Shown: positions 52,341-64,000 of the stretch, piece after piece
How the letters are laid out: each line of letters begins with the position of its first letter
Position numbering within the stretch: the stretch's first letter is position 1
NCBI RefSeq assembly: GCF_004010195.1
Contig: NC_057759.1
Coordinates: 1,619,069-1,683,068, forward strand
Origin: Chiloscyllium plagiosum
Lineage: Eukaryota
DNA: 64,000 bases
Direction: 5' to 3'
The notes under the pieces: model-generated
Databases searched by the model: none
What the model saw: the letters and a program-made list of their open reading frames with translations, nothing else
What the model was told of the DNA's origin: nothing
Position numbers and translations under genes: made by a program

Positions 52341-54006
52341 ACGGTGCGGTGCATATACGTATCCATATGCCCTTTAAATGTTGCAATTGTACTAGGATCC
52401 TCCAATTCCTCTGACAGCTCATTCAAATAACGTTACCACCCTCTGCATGAAAAAGTTGCCCCTTAGATCTCTTTTATATCTTTCCCTTCTCACTCTAAAC
52501 CAATACCTTCTAGTTCTGGAATCCCACACCACAGGGAGGAGACTTTATCTATCTATTCTATCCATGACCCTCATGATTTTATCAATATCTATAAGGTCAC
52601 CCCTCAGCCTCTGACACTCCAGAGAAAACAGCCCCAGCCTATTCAACTCCTCCCTAGAGCTCAAATCCTCCAACCCTGGCAACATCCTTGAAAATCTTTT
52701 CTAAACCCTTTTCCGGTAAGAAGGAGACCAGAATTGCACGCAATATTCTAAAAGTGGCCTAACCAATGTCCTGTACAGCCGCAACATGACCTCCCAACTG
52801 CTATACTCAATACTCTTACTAATAAAGGAAAGCATACATTTCCAAAATGCAGCACCTCGCATTTATTAAAACTAAAGTCCATCTGCCACTTGTCAGCCCA
52901 CTGGCCCATCGGATCAAGATCCTATTGTAATCTGAATTAACCTTCTTCGCTGTCCAGTACACCTCCAACTCTGGTGTCTTAATTACTATACCTCTTACAG
53001 TCACATCCAAATCATTTATACAAATGACGAAAAGTAGTGGACCCAGCAACAAACCTTGACGCACTCCACTGGTCAAACGCCCCCAGTCAGAAAAAAAAAC
53101 CTCCACCACCACCCTCTGTCTTCTACCTTTAAGCCAGTTCTGTATCCAAATGGCTAGTTCGCCTTGTATTCCACGAGATCTAACCTGACTAACCAGTATC
53201 CCATGGTGAATCCTGTCGAACGCCTTACGGAAGTCCATACATATCACATCTTTCGCTCTGGCCTCATCAATATTCTGTGTCAAATCTTCAAAAAACTCAC
53301 TCAGGTTTGTAAGATATGCTTTCCCATGCACAAAGCCATGTTGACTATCCATAGTCAGTCCTTACCCACCAACGACATCGGGCTCACTGGTCTATACTAT
53401 CCTGGCTTGTCCTTACCACCTTTCTTAAACAGTGGCACCACGTTAGCCAATCTCAAGTCTTCTGGCACCTCATCTGTGATCATCGATGATACAACTATCT
53501 CAGCCAGGGGCCCAGCAATTCCTTCGCTAGCTTCCCACAAAGTTGTAAGATGCACCTGCTTGTATGTGTTTCACGACACCCAGCACTTCTTATTCTCTAA
53601 TATGGATATTGTTCAAGATGTCACCATATATTTTCCTACATTCTCTATCGTCCCTGTTCTTTTCCACAGTAAATACTGATGCAAAATACTTGTTTAGCAT
53701 TTATCCCTACTAGTGACTCAACACAAAGGCCGCCTTGCTAATCTTTGAGGGGCCATATTCTCTTCCTAGTTATCCTTTTGTCCTTAATGTAATTGTACAT
53801 ACCCTTTGGATTCTCCTTATACCTTTTTGCCAAAGCTATCTCATGTCCCTTTTTTGCCCTCCTGACTTCCCTCTAAAGTATACTCCTACTGCCTTTATAC
53901 TCTTCTAAATATTCATTCGATCTATCTTTTCTATGCCTAACATATGCTTCCTTCTTTTTTCTTAACCAAAACCTCAAATTCTTCATTCATCCTGCATTCC
54001 TGCATT

Positions 54007-54316
54007 GGGCGGCACGGTGGCACAGTGGTTAGCACTGCTGCCTCGCAGCGCCAGAGACCCGGGTTCAATTCCCGCCTCAGGCGACTGACTGTGTGGAGTT
54101 TGCACGTTCTCCCCGTGTCTGCGTGGGTTTCCTCCGGGTGCTCCGGTTTCCTCCCACAGTCCAAAGATGTGCAGGGTCAGGTGAATTGGCCATACTAAAT
54201 TGCCCATAGTGTTAGGTAAGGGGTAAATGTAGGGGTATGGGTGGGTTTCGCTTCGGCGGTTCGGTGTGGACTTGTTGGGCCGAAGGGCCTGTTTCCACAC
54301 TGTAATCTAATCTAAT
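54007..54316 (+). mobile_element. Young full-length HE1-type SINE
   Basis: GGGCGGCACGGTGGCACAGTGG, GGTTCAATTCC, V-domain and TAATCTAATCTAAT tail. Confidence 0.93.
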
Positions 54317-54719
54317 TCCCTTCAACTACCAGCCTTTCCTTTCACCCTAACAGGAATATACTGTCTCTGGAATCCCGTTATCTTATTTATGAAGTCTTCC
54401 CATTTTTCAAGCAGTCCCTTTATTTGCAAACATCTGCACCCAATCAGCATTTGAAAATTCTAGCCTAATATCTTCGAAATTGGCCTTCCACCAATTTAAA
54501 ACTTCAACTTTTAGATCGGGTCTATCCTTTTCCATTTCTATTTGAAAACTAAATAATTATGGTCGCTGGCCCCAAAGTGCTTACCCACTCACACCTCAGT
54601 CACCTGTCCTGCCTTATTTCCCAAGAGTGGGTCAAGTTTTGCAACTTCTCTCGTAGGTGCATCCACATACTGAATCAAAATATTTTCTTGTACACACCTA
54701 ACAAATTCGTTACCACTGC

Positions 54720-55270
54720 CTATATAAGAGGGTATTGCCTCTCGGCCATCAGAGATGTTAAGGGGCAATACCAAACTAAGTGTGACACCCAGACCAACCG
54801 CATGGACTCCGCCATTTGTGGCATGTTTTACACAACATAACGGCCAGCAAAGCGAAATTGAACAGAAGTATGGACAATACTACGTCCCTACGTGATGAGC
54901 TCAAATAATCTACGCTCGCCTTTATCGCAAGGTGAATCTATGTTACGTTTCCCAACAGTCTCGGATGCACCTGTTACCCTCATTCATAGCTATAGATGTT
55001 AGAACGGCCTGCTTCAGTAAATCCGTAGAAAGCGACTGACCCAGATAGAGTCCATGGCCATGCACTCAAATCCTGCACGGACCAGCTGGTGGGAGTATTC
55101 ACAGACATCTTTAAACTATCCTTACTGAATTCACCACCTGCGTCAGGATGACCAGCACCGTCTCGGTGCCAGCAAAATTATGTAATGTGTCTCAATGATT
55201 TCCGCCTGGTGTCTGTGACCTCCATAATTATCAAGTGCTTCAAGAGATTAGTCATGCTTCATATCAACTA
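54720..55270 (+). mobile_element. Rex1/Babar-type LINE RT fragment
   Basis: [18 protein letters not shown] and CLNDFRLVSVTSIIIKCFKRLVMLHI. Confidence 0.8.
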
Positions 55271-55274
55271 CACA

Positions 55275-56030
55275 TTTCTTTACCCTTTCCAATTCACCAA
55301 ACGACGCAAGAGGTCCACAGCAAAAACTTATGCACGTTGGCGTCCTATCTCTGCGATGTAGGGGAGACCACATGGAGATCAACGGACACAGCACATGACA
55401 TTTCAGAGAATCTCTGGGACACACACACTAAACAACCCTACCACCCTTTGTTCGAACACTTCAACTCCTCCTCTTACTCTGCCAAGGACATGGAAGTCAT
55501 GGACCTTCTCCACCACCAAACTCTAGCCACTTGACGCCTGGAGGAAGAATGGCCCAGCTTCTGTCTTATGACAAGAACAAATACTATACACGGGGTCAAC
55601 TTGGATTTTATTAATTTCACATTTCCCCTCCCCTCACCTTATCTCAGATCCAACCTTCCTACTCGGCCGCCACTTTTGAAACTACCGTAACTGTCCACTT
55701 TCCTTCCCACTTATCAGCTCCATCCTCCTCTCCGACCTATCACCTTCACCCCCACCTTCAACTACCTATCACATTCCCATCAACCTTCCTGCCAGACCCA
55801 CGCCCCCACTCCACCCTACTTTCTGAACTATCACCATCACCCAATAACTCCATCTACCTACCACATTCCCAGCTATCATGCCCCCAGCCCCACCCTCTCC
55901 CATTTATCTCTCAGCCCTCTTGGGCCACCCCCTCATTCCTGATGATGAGCTTTTGTTTAAAACACAGACTTCCCTGTTCATCGTATGCTGTCTCTTTGGC
56001 TGTGCTTTTACAGCAACACACATTTGAATT
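55275..56030 (+). mobile_element. PLE 3' fragment
   Basis: VGETTWR...EHFNSSSYSAKDMEV, a C-rich UTR, and an ATTCCTGATGA terminus. Confidence 0.82.
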
Positions 56031-56799
56031 CACCATAATCCTGTACAACATGACGTACTAACTGCTATATTTAATGCTCTCAGTAATGAAGGAAAGCTTG
56101 CTAAATGCCTTCTTCACCACCCTGTCCACCTGTGTTGCAACTTTTAAGGAACTATGTACTTGCACCCTCAGATCTCGCAGTTATACCACACTCACCAGAG
56201 ACTTGCCATTAACTGTTTAAGTCCTACCCTACCTTGTCTTACTAAAATGTAATACCTCATATGTAAAACATAGCACAGTGCAGGCCCTTTGGCTCTTGAT
56301 GCTGTGTTGGCCTGTAATCCTACTCTAAGATCTGACTAACCTGCATACACGTCATCATAATAATTTCCATGTGCCAATCCAATATCCCTACTGTATCTGA
56401 CTCTAATGCCACTGCTGGCAGTGCATTACACGCACCCACCACACTCTGTGAAAAGGATCTACCACTGACATCTCCCCTGAACCTTCCACCAATTATCTTA
56501 AAATTATGCTCCTCCGTGTTGGACATTTCTTCTATGGGAAAAAAAACTCTGGGTATTCTATTCATGCCTCCCATCATCTTGTGCACCTGTATCAAGTCAC
56601 CTCTCATCCTTCTTCTTCCAACTAAAAATCGCCTAGCAGCACCAACTTTTCTTCATTAGACATACCTTCCATTCCAGGGAAGCATCCTGCTAAATTTTCT
56701 CTGAACCCTCTCTAAAGCTTCTACATCTCCCTTGTAATGAGGCGACCAGAACTGACTCAATATTCTAAGTGTGGTCTCACCAGGAATCTATAGAGATGC

Positions 56800-57300
56800 A
56801 GGGAGAAAGTGAGGACTGCAGATGCTGCAGATAAAAGTCGAAGGGCGTTCCCCTGGAAAAGCACAACAAGACAGGCAGCATCCGAGGAGCAAGAGGGTCC
56901 ACTTTTCGGACAAAAGCTTTTCGTTACATAAGGAATGATCGGGTGGCCCAAGGAGGTCTAAGAGGTAAATGGAAGAGGGGTGCGGCTGGGGGGTGGTAGC
57001 TGGGAATGCGGTAGGTGGATCGAGGTGGCGGGTTGATGGTGATAGGTCAGAAAGGACGGTGGAGCGGAGAGGGGGATGGAAGGTGGACAGGTAGTGGTGA
57101 ATTCGAAGTTGGGATCATGGATAAGGTGGGGGAGCAAAAATGAAGAAACTGCTGAGATCTATGTTGATCCCAAGAGGGAAGATGAGGCGCTGCTCCTCCA
57201 GGTGTTGGGTAGCTAGTATTTGGTAGTGGTGGAGGCCTTGGTGGAGTGGGAGAGGGAGTTAGATTATTTGACCACAGAGCGGTGCAATTATTTATTGCGT
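56800..57300 (-). mobile_element. PLE 3' fragment inserted next to minus-strand CR1 (~56035-56800)
   Basis: GGAGAAAGTGAGGACTGCAGATGCTG terminus and a G-rich UTR. Confidence 0.75.
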
Positions 57301-57365
57301 GTTTATCAGATATGATGGTGAGGTCACTTTTAAAATATTGCATTCAATTCAGGTCTCCCTGCTAT

Positions 57366-57717
57366 CATAGAAATCCTACAGTAAGGAAACAGGCCATTTG
57401 GCCCAACAAGTCCACATGGATCCTCTGAAGAATAACCCATCCAGATACATTTCCCTGCACAATTTATTTGCCCCTGACTAATGCACCTAACCTATATATC
57501 ACAGCACAATATGGGAAATTTAGCATGGCCAATTCACCTAACATGCACGTCTTTGGATTGTGGGAGGCAACAAGGGCATCCAGAGGAAACCCACTCAGTC
57601 AGGGGGAGAATGTGCAAATTCCACACCACACAGACAGTCGCCTGAGGCTGAAGTCGAACTCGGATTCCTGGGTATTGTGAGGCAGTAGCGCTAGCCACTG
57701 AGCAATCGTGCTGCCCA
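57366..57717 (-). mobile_element. HE1-type SINE inserted in a plus-strand CR1 3' fragment (~57310-58220)
   Basis: SINE body on the minus strand. CR1 TCTCCCTGCTAT continues as ATAGGAAGGAT after it. Confidence 0.8.
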
Positions 57718-58349
57718 ATATAGGAAGGATCTTGTTAAATTGGAAAGGATGAAGAAACGATATACAGGGGTGTTACCAGGACTGCAGGGTTTGAGTCATA
57801 GGGAAAGACTGGATAAACTGCGGCATTTTAACAGCAAAGGAGGTTTAGGGGTGACTCTATGGAGGTTTGTAAAATGTTGAGGAGCCTAAATAAGGCGAAT
57901 AGCCAACGTCTTCACCAGAGTATGGGATTTCAGCTTTAGAGTACATAATTTTAAGGTGATAAGGGGAAGATTTAAAAGTGACTTGACAGGCAATTTCTTC
58001 ATACAAAAAGAGGTTCATGTATGGAATGAACTGCCAGAGGAAAGGTAGATGTGGGTATAATTGTAATAATTGAATACATTTGAACAGGGTACATGAATAG
58101 GGGAGGTTTGGAGGGCTACGCCCAGGCAAATGGCATTAGTTTAGTTTGGAAAAACGGATCAGCATAGACGAGTTGGGACGAAGGGCTTTATTCCTGCTCT
58201 GTGACTACGTGACTCTATGACTTGCGGTGGGATGTACATCCGCCTGAAAAACAGTCCCATCTGCTTTGGTGTGACGGTTATGACCCTATCTCCAGCCATT
58301 TCCGTTGTGGTTGATCAACTTCAGCCACACGTTAACGGGTAATACTCAC

Positions 58350-58445
58350 GTGCCTTCTTTGTTAAAGTACTCTCATGTTAGGAAGGAAAAGACAGACAAT
58401 TTCCATAGCGAAGTATGAAAGCAGGGAAAGGGCTTTTTCTCGTGT
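58350..58445 (-). other. Candidate leader/5'UTR exon, possibly of the Ig pseudogene
   Basis: Strong acceptor TTTCTTTTTCTGCAG| and donor CAC|GTGAGT. ATG at 58406 gives MEIVCLFL...; an in-frame TAA precedes the donor. Confidence 0.3.
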
Positions 58446-60654
58446 CTGCAGAAAAAGAAATATGTTTCAATGTTTGCCGCAGGCAGCTAGAAATCTAACA
58501 TTGTTCTATGCAGCATATTGACATGCTCAGATCTCTGTGGAGACCAGTTTCCTTTTTAATCTCTCTCTCTCTCTCATTGAGAAGCTGCTGCATTTCTGCC
58601 TGCTAGTGTTGCAGGGATGCCATGAGTTCGTTATTTGACTCTATTACTAAGAAACACAGAAAATAGGAGTATGAGTAGGCCATTCGGCCCTACTAGCTTG
58701 GCCTGCCAATTCAATAAGATCGCCCAGCTCAGTCACCTCTTTCACCCCACCCCGCCACCCCCCCCCTCTTCAGCCTCACAGAACTCTCTCCAACTGCTCC
58801 TTGATCTGGACCGATCGCTTTCTATGGCAAAGAAGTCCATAGTTTCCTCATTTATTGGGTGAAGACATTTGTTCTTTTTTCACTTCTACCCCAAGTCCCT
58901 TAGTTTGCGAGTCCCTGGTTCTGGAACGCCGCCACCCCATCCCACTCCACTCCCCTCAACACGCACACCAACCCCCTCCCCTGATCATCAGGAACATCCT
59001 TCCTGTGTTGATCCCTGTCTTGTCTTGTTAAAATCTTACAGGTTTCTATGAGATACATCCTCATTCAAAAAAAAAGATTGTAAATAATTCTAATCTAAAC
59101 AGTATCCCTTCATCCGTTAGTCCTGCTATACCAGGAATCAATGTGGAAAATCTTCGATGCACTTCCTCCATAGCCAGAACATCTTTCCTCCGCTAAGGAG
59201 ACGGTAACAGCACAACGGATTGCATATTAAAAAGGGAGATTTATTCCCCAAGATAAAGCAAACAACTGTGGCTGTTTACCGTCTGAAACAAAAGCAGAAC
59301 TGTAATGACTAACTCCGCAATTCTGGCAGCATGCTGGGGTTGGGGGTGGGGTGGGGGGCGGGATTGTTAGTGGTTGCTGGAGCGAGACAGCAAAAGAAAG
59401 GAAAAAAGAGTTAATGTTGCATGTTATATGTACGACTTTTGCGATCTACTCTACCATTGCATTTCATAATTTTGCACATTTCAAAAATGTTACTCAATCT
59501 CCTTTGCTCCAATTTTCAAAATACCTGTCTTCATCAATGAAACTTCCCAGCCCCAGGACAACATCCTGGGAAATCCTCCTCTGCAGAATGCTCACTGGAG
59601 CACAAGCATGAACTCTCTCTCTCTCTCTCTCTTTCTCTCCCCTCCCTGTCCCCACTCCAACCGCTCCGGAGTGCCATACCTGTTCATTTAGGCCAGAGCT
59701 TTCTATATTTGTTTCAGATTTATGACATCTGCACTATTTCGTTTTTCGAAATCCACCCTAATCCTCTTGCAGATGCTTGTGCAAACTGTGAAATGACTTA
59801 ATTTCGTCAAAGCAACCAAACGTTTGAGGGAACAGAAGTTTGTCCCAAGTTGAATCACACCACAAAGAATATTTTGATATGTGGTACTCCGACACATGCA
59901 AAGTTTAGCATATTTTTAAAATCATATTACGAAACTTCATTTAAACTCCGTGAAAATAATGCATAATATTTTTTCAGTGCGGGTAACTTATGTAATTTCA
60001 ACTTGATAATAATGTATGGTTATCAAGTTTAAATTCATGTTAGAGGCACCAGCCTCTGTGAGCCGCACATCAGGTCACTTTTAAACCATACATCTCTCAC
60101 CTTAAACATGTCTTCTCTAGTTTTGGACTTCCTGACCTATGGAATTGATTTTAGTTTTTCATGACTTTAGAAACCTCTATAAGATCACCACTCAATCTCC
60201 TGTGCTCAATGGAAAACTGTCCCAGCCTATCCAGCCTCCTATTATAACTCAAATCATCCAATCTCAGTAACATCCCTGTGATCTTTTTAAAATTTAATAC
60301 TATCCTTCCTATATCACGGAAACCAGAACTGTACAAATACTCCAAAAGTGGTTACATGTCGACAATGACTACTGCACTGCCTTCATTTATTTTCTTGGTC
60401 TCATCTTCAAAACATTCAAGTTTGTGAGACGCAATTTCACAATTTCCTCCAAACAAAGGCATGTTGCCTACCCCTGACCAGTCCTTGCCTCCGAATACAT
60501 GTCCTTGCTTCATGGTGATTGGAATATTACAGTCGTGAAGTTTCCTTTAACTGCACAAGGTGCTGGGGAGACCACATCTGGAGTACTGCGAGCAGTTTCA
60601 CTTCTCTTATTTAAGGAAAGAAACAATTTTATTGGAGTGTGTTCATCGAATCCC

Positions 60655-60970
60655 CACAGTATGGAATCAGACCCTTCGACCCAACATGTCTACAGTAACC
60701 CTCCAGCGAATAACCCACCCGGACACATTCCCCCTACCTTACATTTACCCCAAACTAACGCATCGAATTTGTAAATCACTCAATAGCTTGGACAATTCAC
60801 CTAATTTGCATATCTTCGGACTTTTGGATGAAAATGTAGCACCCAAGGAAAACCATGCAGATATTGGGAGAATGTGCAAACTCCACACAGACAGTTGCTC
60901 GAAACTGGAATTGAACCAGTGATCCCTGGCGCTGTGAGACAGCAATGCTAACCACTGAGCAACCATACTG
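60655..60970 (-). mobile_element. HE1-type SINE inside a plus-strand CR1 (~60555-61400)
   Basis: A and B boxes and V-domain on the minus strand. Confidence 0.8.
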
Positions 60971-61562
60971 CAGGGTTCACTACGCAGATCCCCGGTATGA
61001 AAGGATTGTCTTATTCGCAAAGGTTAAAAAACTTGGGACTCTAGTAACTGGAATTTAGAAAAACGAGAGTTGATCTCATCGAAACATACAGGATGTAGAC
61101 AGGGTCATTGCTGAGAAGATGGTTCCCCTTCATGAGAGAGTCTAGAACAAGAGGGCTCCATCTCACAATAAATGGGGCATTAATTGAGAACTGAGATGAG
61201 GAGGAATGTCTTCTCTCAAAGATTTTAGAGTTTTTGGAACTCCTTGCTAGAGAGAGCTGTGTATAGGGCAGAGTCCTTGTGTATATTTGAGACTGAGGCA
61301 GATAGATTCTTTATTAGTCGGGGAATCAAAGGAAAGGGCAGGGAAGTGGATCTGAACAATGTCGGATCAGCCATAGTCCTACTGGATGGCAGAGCAGGAT
61401 CGAGGAGCCGAATGACCTTAGTTTCTTGTGACCTTGAATTCTACATGCTTATCAGTGACAGAGCTTCCAATGCTTTCTGAGGTTAACAATTCCAAAGATT
61501 AGCAAATCTACCCCCTCCACGACCACGAGTAATAATTCCTTTTCATCCTCATTGTAAATGAG

Positions 61563-62230
61563 GGGCAACATGGATGCTCTGTGGATAGCACTGCTGCCTC
61601 ACATCTCCAGGGACCTGGGTTCGATTCCCTCCTCGGGCAGCTGTCTGTGTGGAGTTTGAACATTCTCCCTGGTCTGCGTGGGTTTCCTCCGGGTGCTCCG
61701 GTTTCTCCTCCTACAGACCAAAGATGTGCAGGTTAGGTGAATTGGCCATGCTAAATTGCCTGTAGTGTTAGGCGGATTAGTCAAGTGTATATATAGTGGA
61801 ATGTTTCCGGGTAGGTTACGCTTCAGAGGTTCAGCGGTGGAGATGCCAAAATAAGACAAGGACCTGCGGACGTTGGCAATCTGAAGCAACAACAGAAGGT
61901 AGAACTCCAGGGAAAGTGTGGGGAGACAAAGAGGGCGGGATGTCAAACATTTCGAGACGGTTTCTGCATAATCACTGTAAACAAAAGACACCATCATTGT
62001 TGGAAAATCGTCTTTGGTGTACTGTTTCTATTGGGACCTCGAGATCTCTATTGGATAATCTGACTTTCGGATAATTGGTATTCAGTTAATTGAGTTTCCT
62101 CTGTATAGGCTAGTTGCATTAGTCAGGCGTAAATATAGGGTAGGGGGAATTGGTCTGAGTGGTTTACTCTTCAGAGGACCGGTGTGGACCTGTTTGGCTG
62201 GACGGCCTGTTTGCACACTATAGGGACTCA
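61563..62230 (+). mobile_element. HE1-type SINE pieces flanking a Tigger/pogo-like DNA-transposon end (~61840-62103)
   Basis: SINE at 61563-61830 and 62107-62230. The insert ends GGATAATC..CGGATAATTG..GAGTTTCCTCTG|TA, which is TIR-like at a TA site. The left TIR was not seen. Confidence 0.55.
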
Positions 62231-62799
62231 ATTAAAAAAATAACAAGAGGTCCATTCAATTTGTCTGTCAGTAATTGCATCCTCGTTAATTCCACAGATA
62301 CTCACACAAGGAGGCAAAGCCTAAAGATTAGGGACAGATTGTTCAGCCGAGATGATGGGAAGCTTTTTTTTATTGTTTTGTGGGGTGTCGATACTGCTGG
62401 CTGGGGCAGCATTTATTACCCAGAGGGCAGTTCACGATCAACTGCGCCAATGTTCTTCGTGAGTCATGTGTAGGCAATGCAAGTAAGGACAATAAATGTC
62501 GTTCCCTGGAGGATATTAGTGAAACAGATCTATTTTTTCCTAGTAATCAGCATTAGTTTCATGATCATCATTATACTCTTAATTCCAGGTTATCACTGAA
62601 TTCAATTTCGACTCTCTGCCATGGCAGGATTTAAATCCAGCTCCCAGATCATTACTGGGTGTCAGGATTAACAGTCTACCGAAAATGCACATCACAATAT
62701 GTGTGCCGAGTTATGGAACTGCCTTCCACAAACCATTTTTGATGCTGGTTGATTGATTTTATTTAAATCATAGAGAGATAAATTTTTGTTAAGCAGAGA

Positions 62800-63665
62800 T
62801 CATAGAGTCATAGAGATGTACAGCACAGAAACAGACGCTTCGGTCCAACCCGTCCATGCCGACCAGATATCCCAACCCAACCTAGTCCCACCTGTCAGTA
62901 CCTGGCCCAAAACCCTCCAAACCCTTCGCATTCATCTATCCATCCAAATGCCTCTTAAATGTTGCAATTGTACCGGCCTCCACCACATCCTCTGGAAGCT
63001 CATTCCATACACGTACCACACTCTGTGTGAAAAACTTGCCCCTTAGGTCTCTTTTATATCTTTCCCCTCTCACCCTAAAGCTATGCCCTCTAGATCTGGG
63101 CTCCCAGACCCCAGGGAAAAGACTTTCCCTATTTATCCTATCCATGCCCTTCATAATTTTGTAAACGTCTATAAAGTCACCCCTCAGTCTCCGATGCTCC
63201 ACGGAAAACAGTCCAAACCTGTTCAGCCTCTCTCTGTAGCTCAGATCCTCCAACCCTGGCAACATCCTTGTAAATCTTTTCTGAACCATTTCAGGTTTCA
63301 CAACATCTCTCCGAAAGAAAGGAGTCCAGAATTGCATGCAATATTCCAACAGTGGCCTGACCAATGTCCTGTACAGCCGCAACATGACCACCCAACTCCT
63401 GTACTCAATACTCTGGCTAATACCAAACGCCTTCTTCACTAACCTATCTACCTGCGACTCCACTTTCAAGGAGCTATGAATCTGCACTCCAAGGTTTCTT
63501 TGGTCAGCAACACTCCCTAGGACCTTACCATTATGTGTATAAGTCCTGCTAAGATTTGCTTTCCCAAAATACAGCACCTCACATTTACCTGAATTAAACT
63601 CCATCTGCCACTTCTCAGCCCATTGGACCATCTGGTCCAGATCCTGTTGTAATCTGAGGTAACCT
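62800..63665 (-). mobile_element. Young CR1 (HER1-type) LINE 3' fragment
   Basis: The 249-aa ORF at 62936-63685 is the CR1 ORF2 C-terminus (LQQDLDQMVQWAEKWQMEFN...VWNELP), followed by a (GACTCT) tail. Confidence 0.93.
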
Positions 63666-64000
63666 ATTAAAGAGTTAGTGACCAAAGGTAGCTCTACGGA
63701 GTTGGGCAGCAGAATACTGGTAGGATTGGTTGAAGGGCCAGAATGTCCTACTCCTGTTCCTTTGATAATCTAACATCTACTGTTTGTTTTTATTTTAAAT
63801 ATTTGTTTAGGAATTTATCAGTCTATTATTTTTCTCAATATTTCTTGCGTATCTAAATGCTTTCACTTGTCTGAAAGATTTTTGTCATACGTGATAGTCC
63901 CCAATCCTCTGGTGTACATAAATCTTTGCAGCATTGGACCACGTTGGCATATACTTTTCTAATTGTGATGGAAACGTTTCCAAACATCTCTTGAACCAGA

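Larger units (their letters stand above)
51835..54720 (-). mobile_element. CR1 LINE fragment carrying two HE1 SINEs
   Basis: QHGFVHGKAYLTNLSEFFE, MDFRKAFD, and the endonuclease end QYVDAPTREVAKLD. Confidence 0.9.

Noticed and set aside
54007..54075. tRNA-like A and B boxes here and at other SINE heads
   Set aside because: These are SINE promoters continuing into V-domain bodies, not tRNA genes.

Overview
This is a vertebrate window dominated by transposable elements, most likely from a shark or related elasmobranch. That call is an inference from the HE1-type V-SINEs with (CTAAT)n tails and their partner CR1/HER1-type LINEs. Most of the 64 kb is nested, decayed retroelements: CR1 LINEs, Penelope-like elements (PLEs), Rex1/Babar, ancient L2 and RTE relics, three SINE families, probable solo LTRs and a Tigger-like end. 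The supplied ORFs I could identify are almost all TE fragments or antisense artefacts. Two host-gene signals stand out, both on the minus strand. The first is a clean first coding exon of a GPR139/GPR142-like GPCR (33911-34088) with a 7-residue N-terminal repeat and no exon 2 that I could find. The second is a decayed LILR/IGSF1/A1BG-type Ig-superfamily gene: two ~300-nt Ig exons at 49982-50848 plus a possible leader exon at 58350-58445. Other notable structure includes minimal hammerhead-ribozyme motifs in PLE termini, a hairpin-shaped PLE insertion with a 16-bp TSD, and traces of old local duplications and inversions. No complete protein-coding gene, CRISPR array, rRNA or true tRNA is supported, and I see no convincing wholly new system. 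All family assignments come from motifs read by eye; no database searches were run. TE boundaries are approximate.
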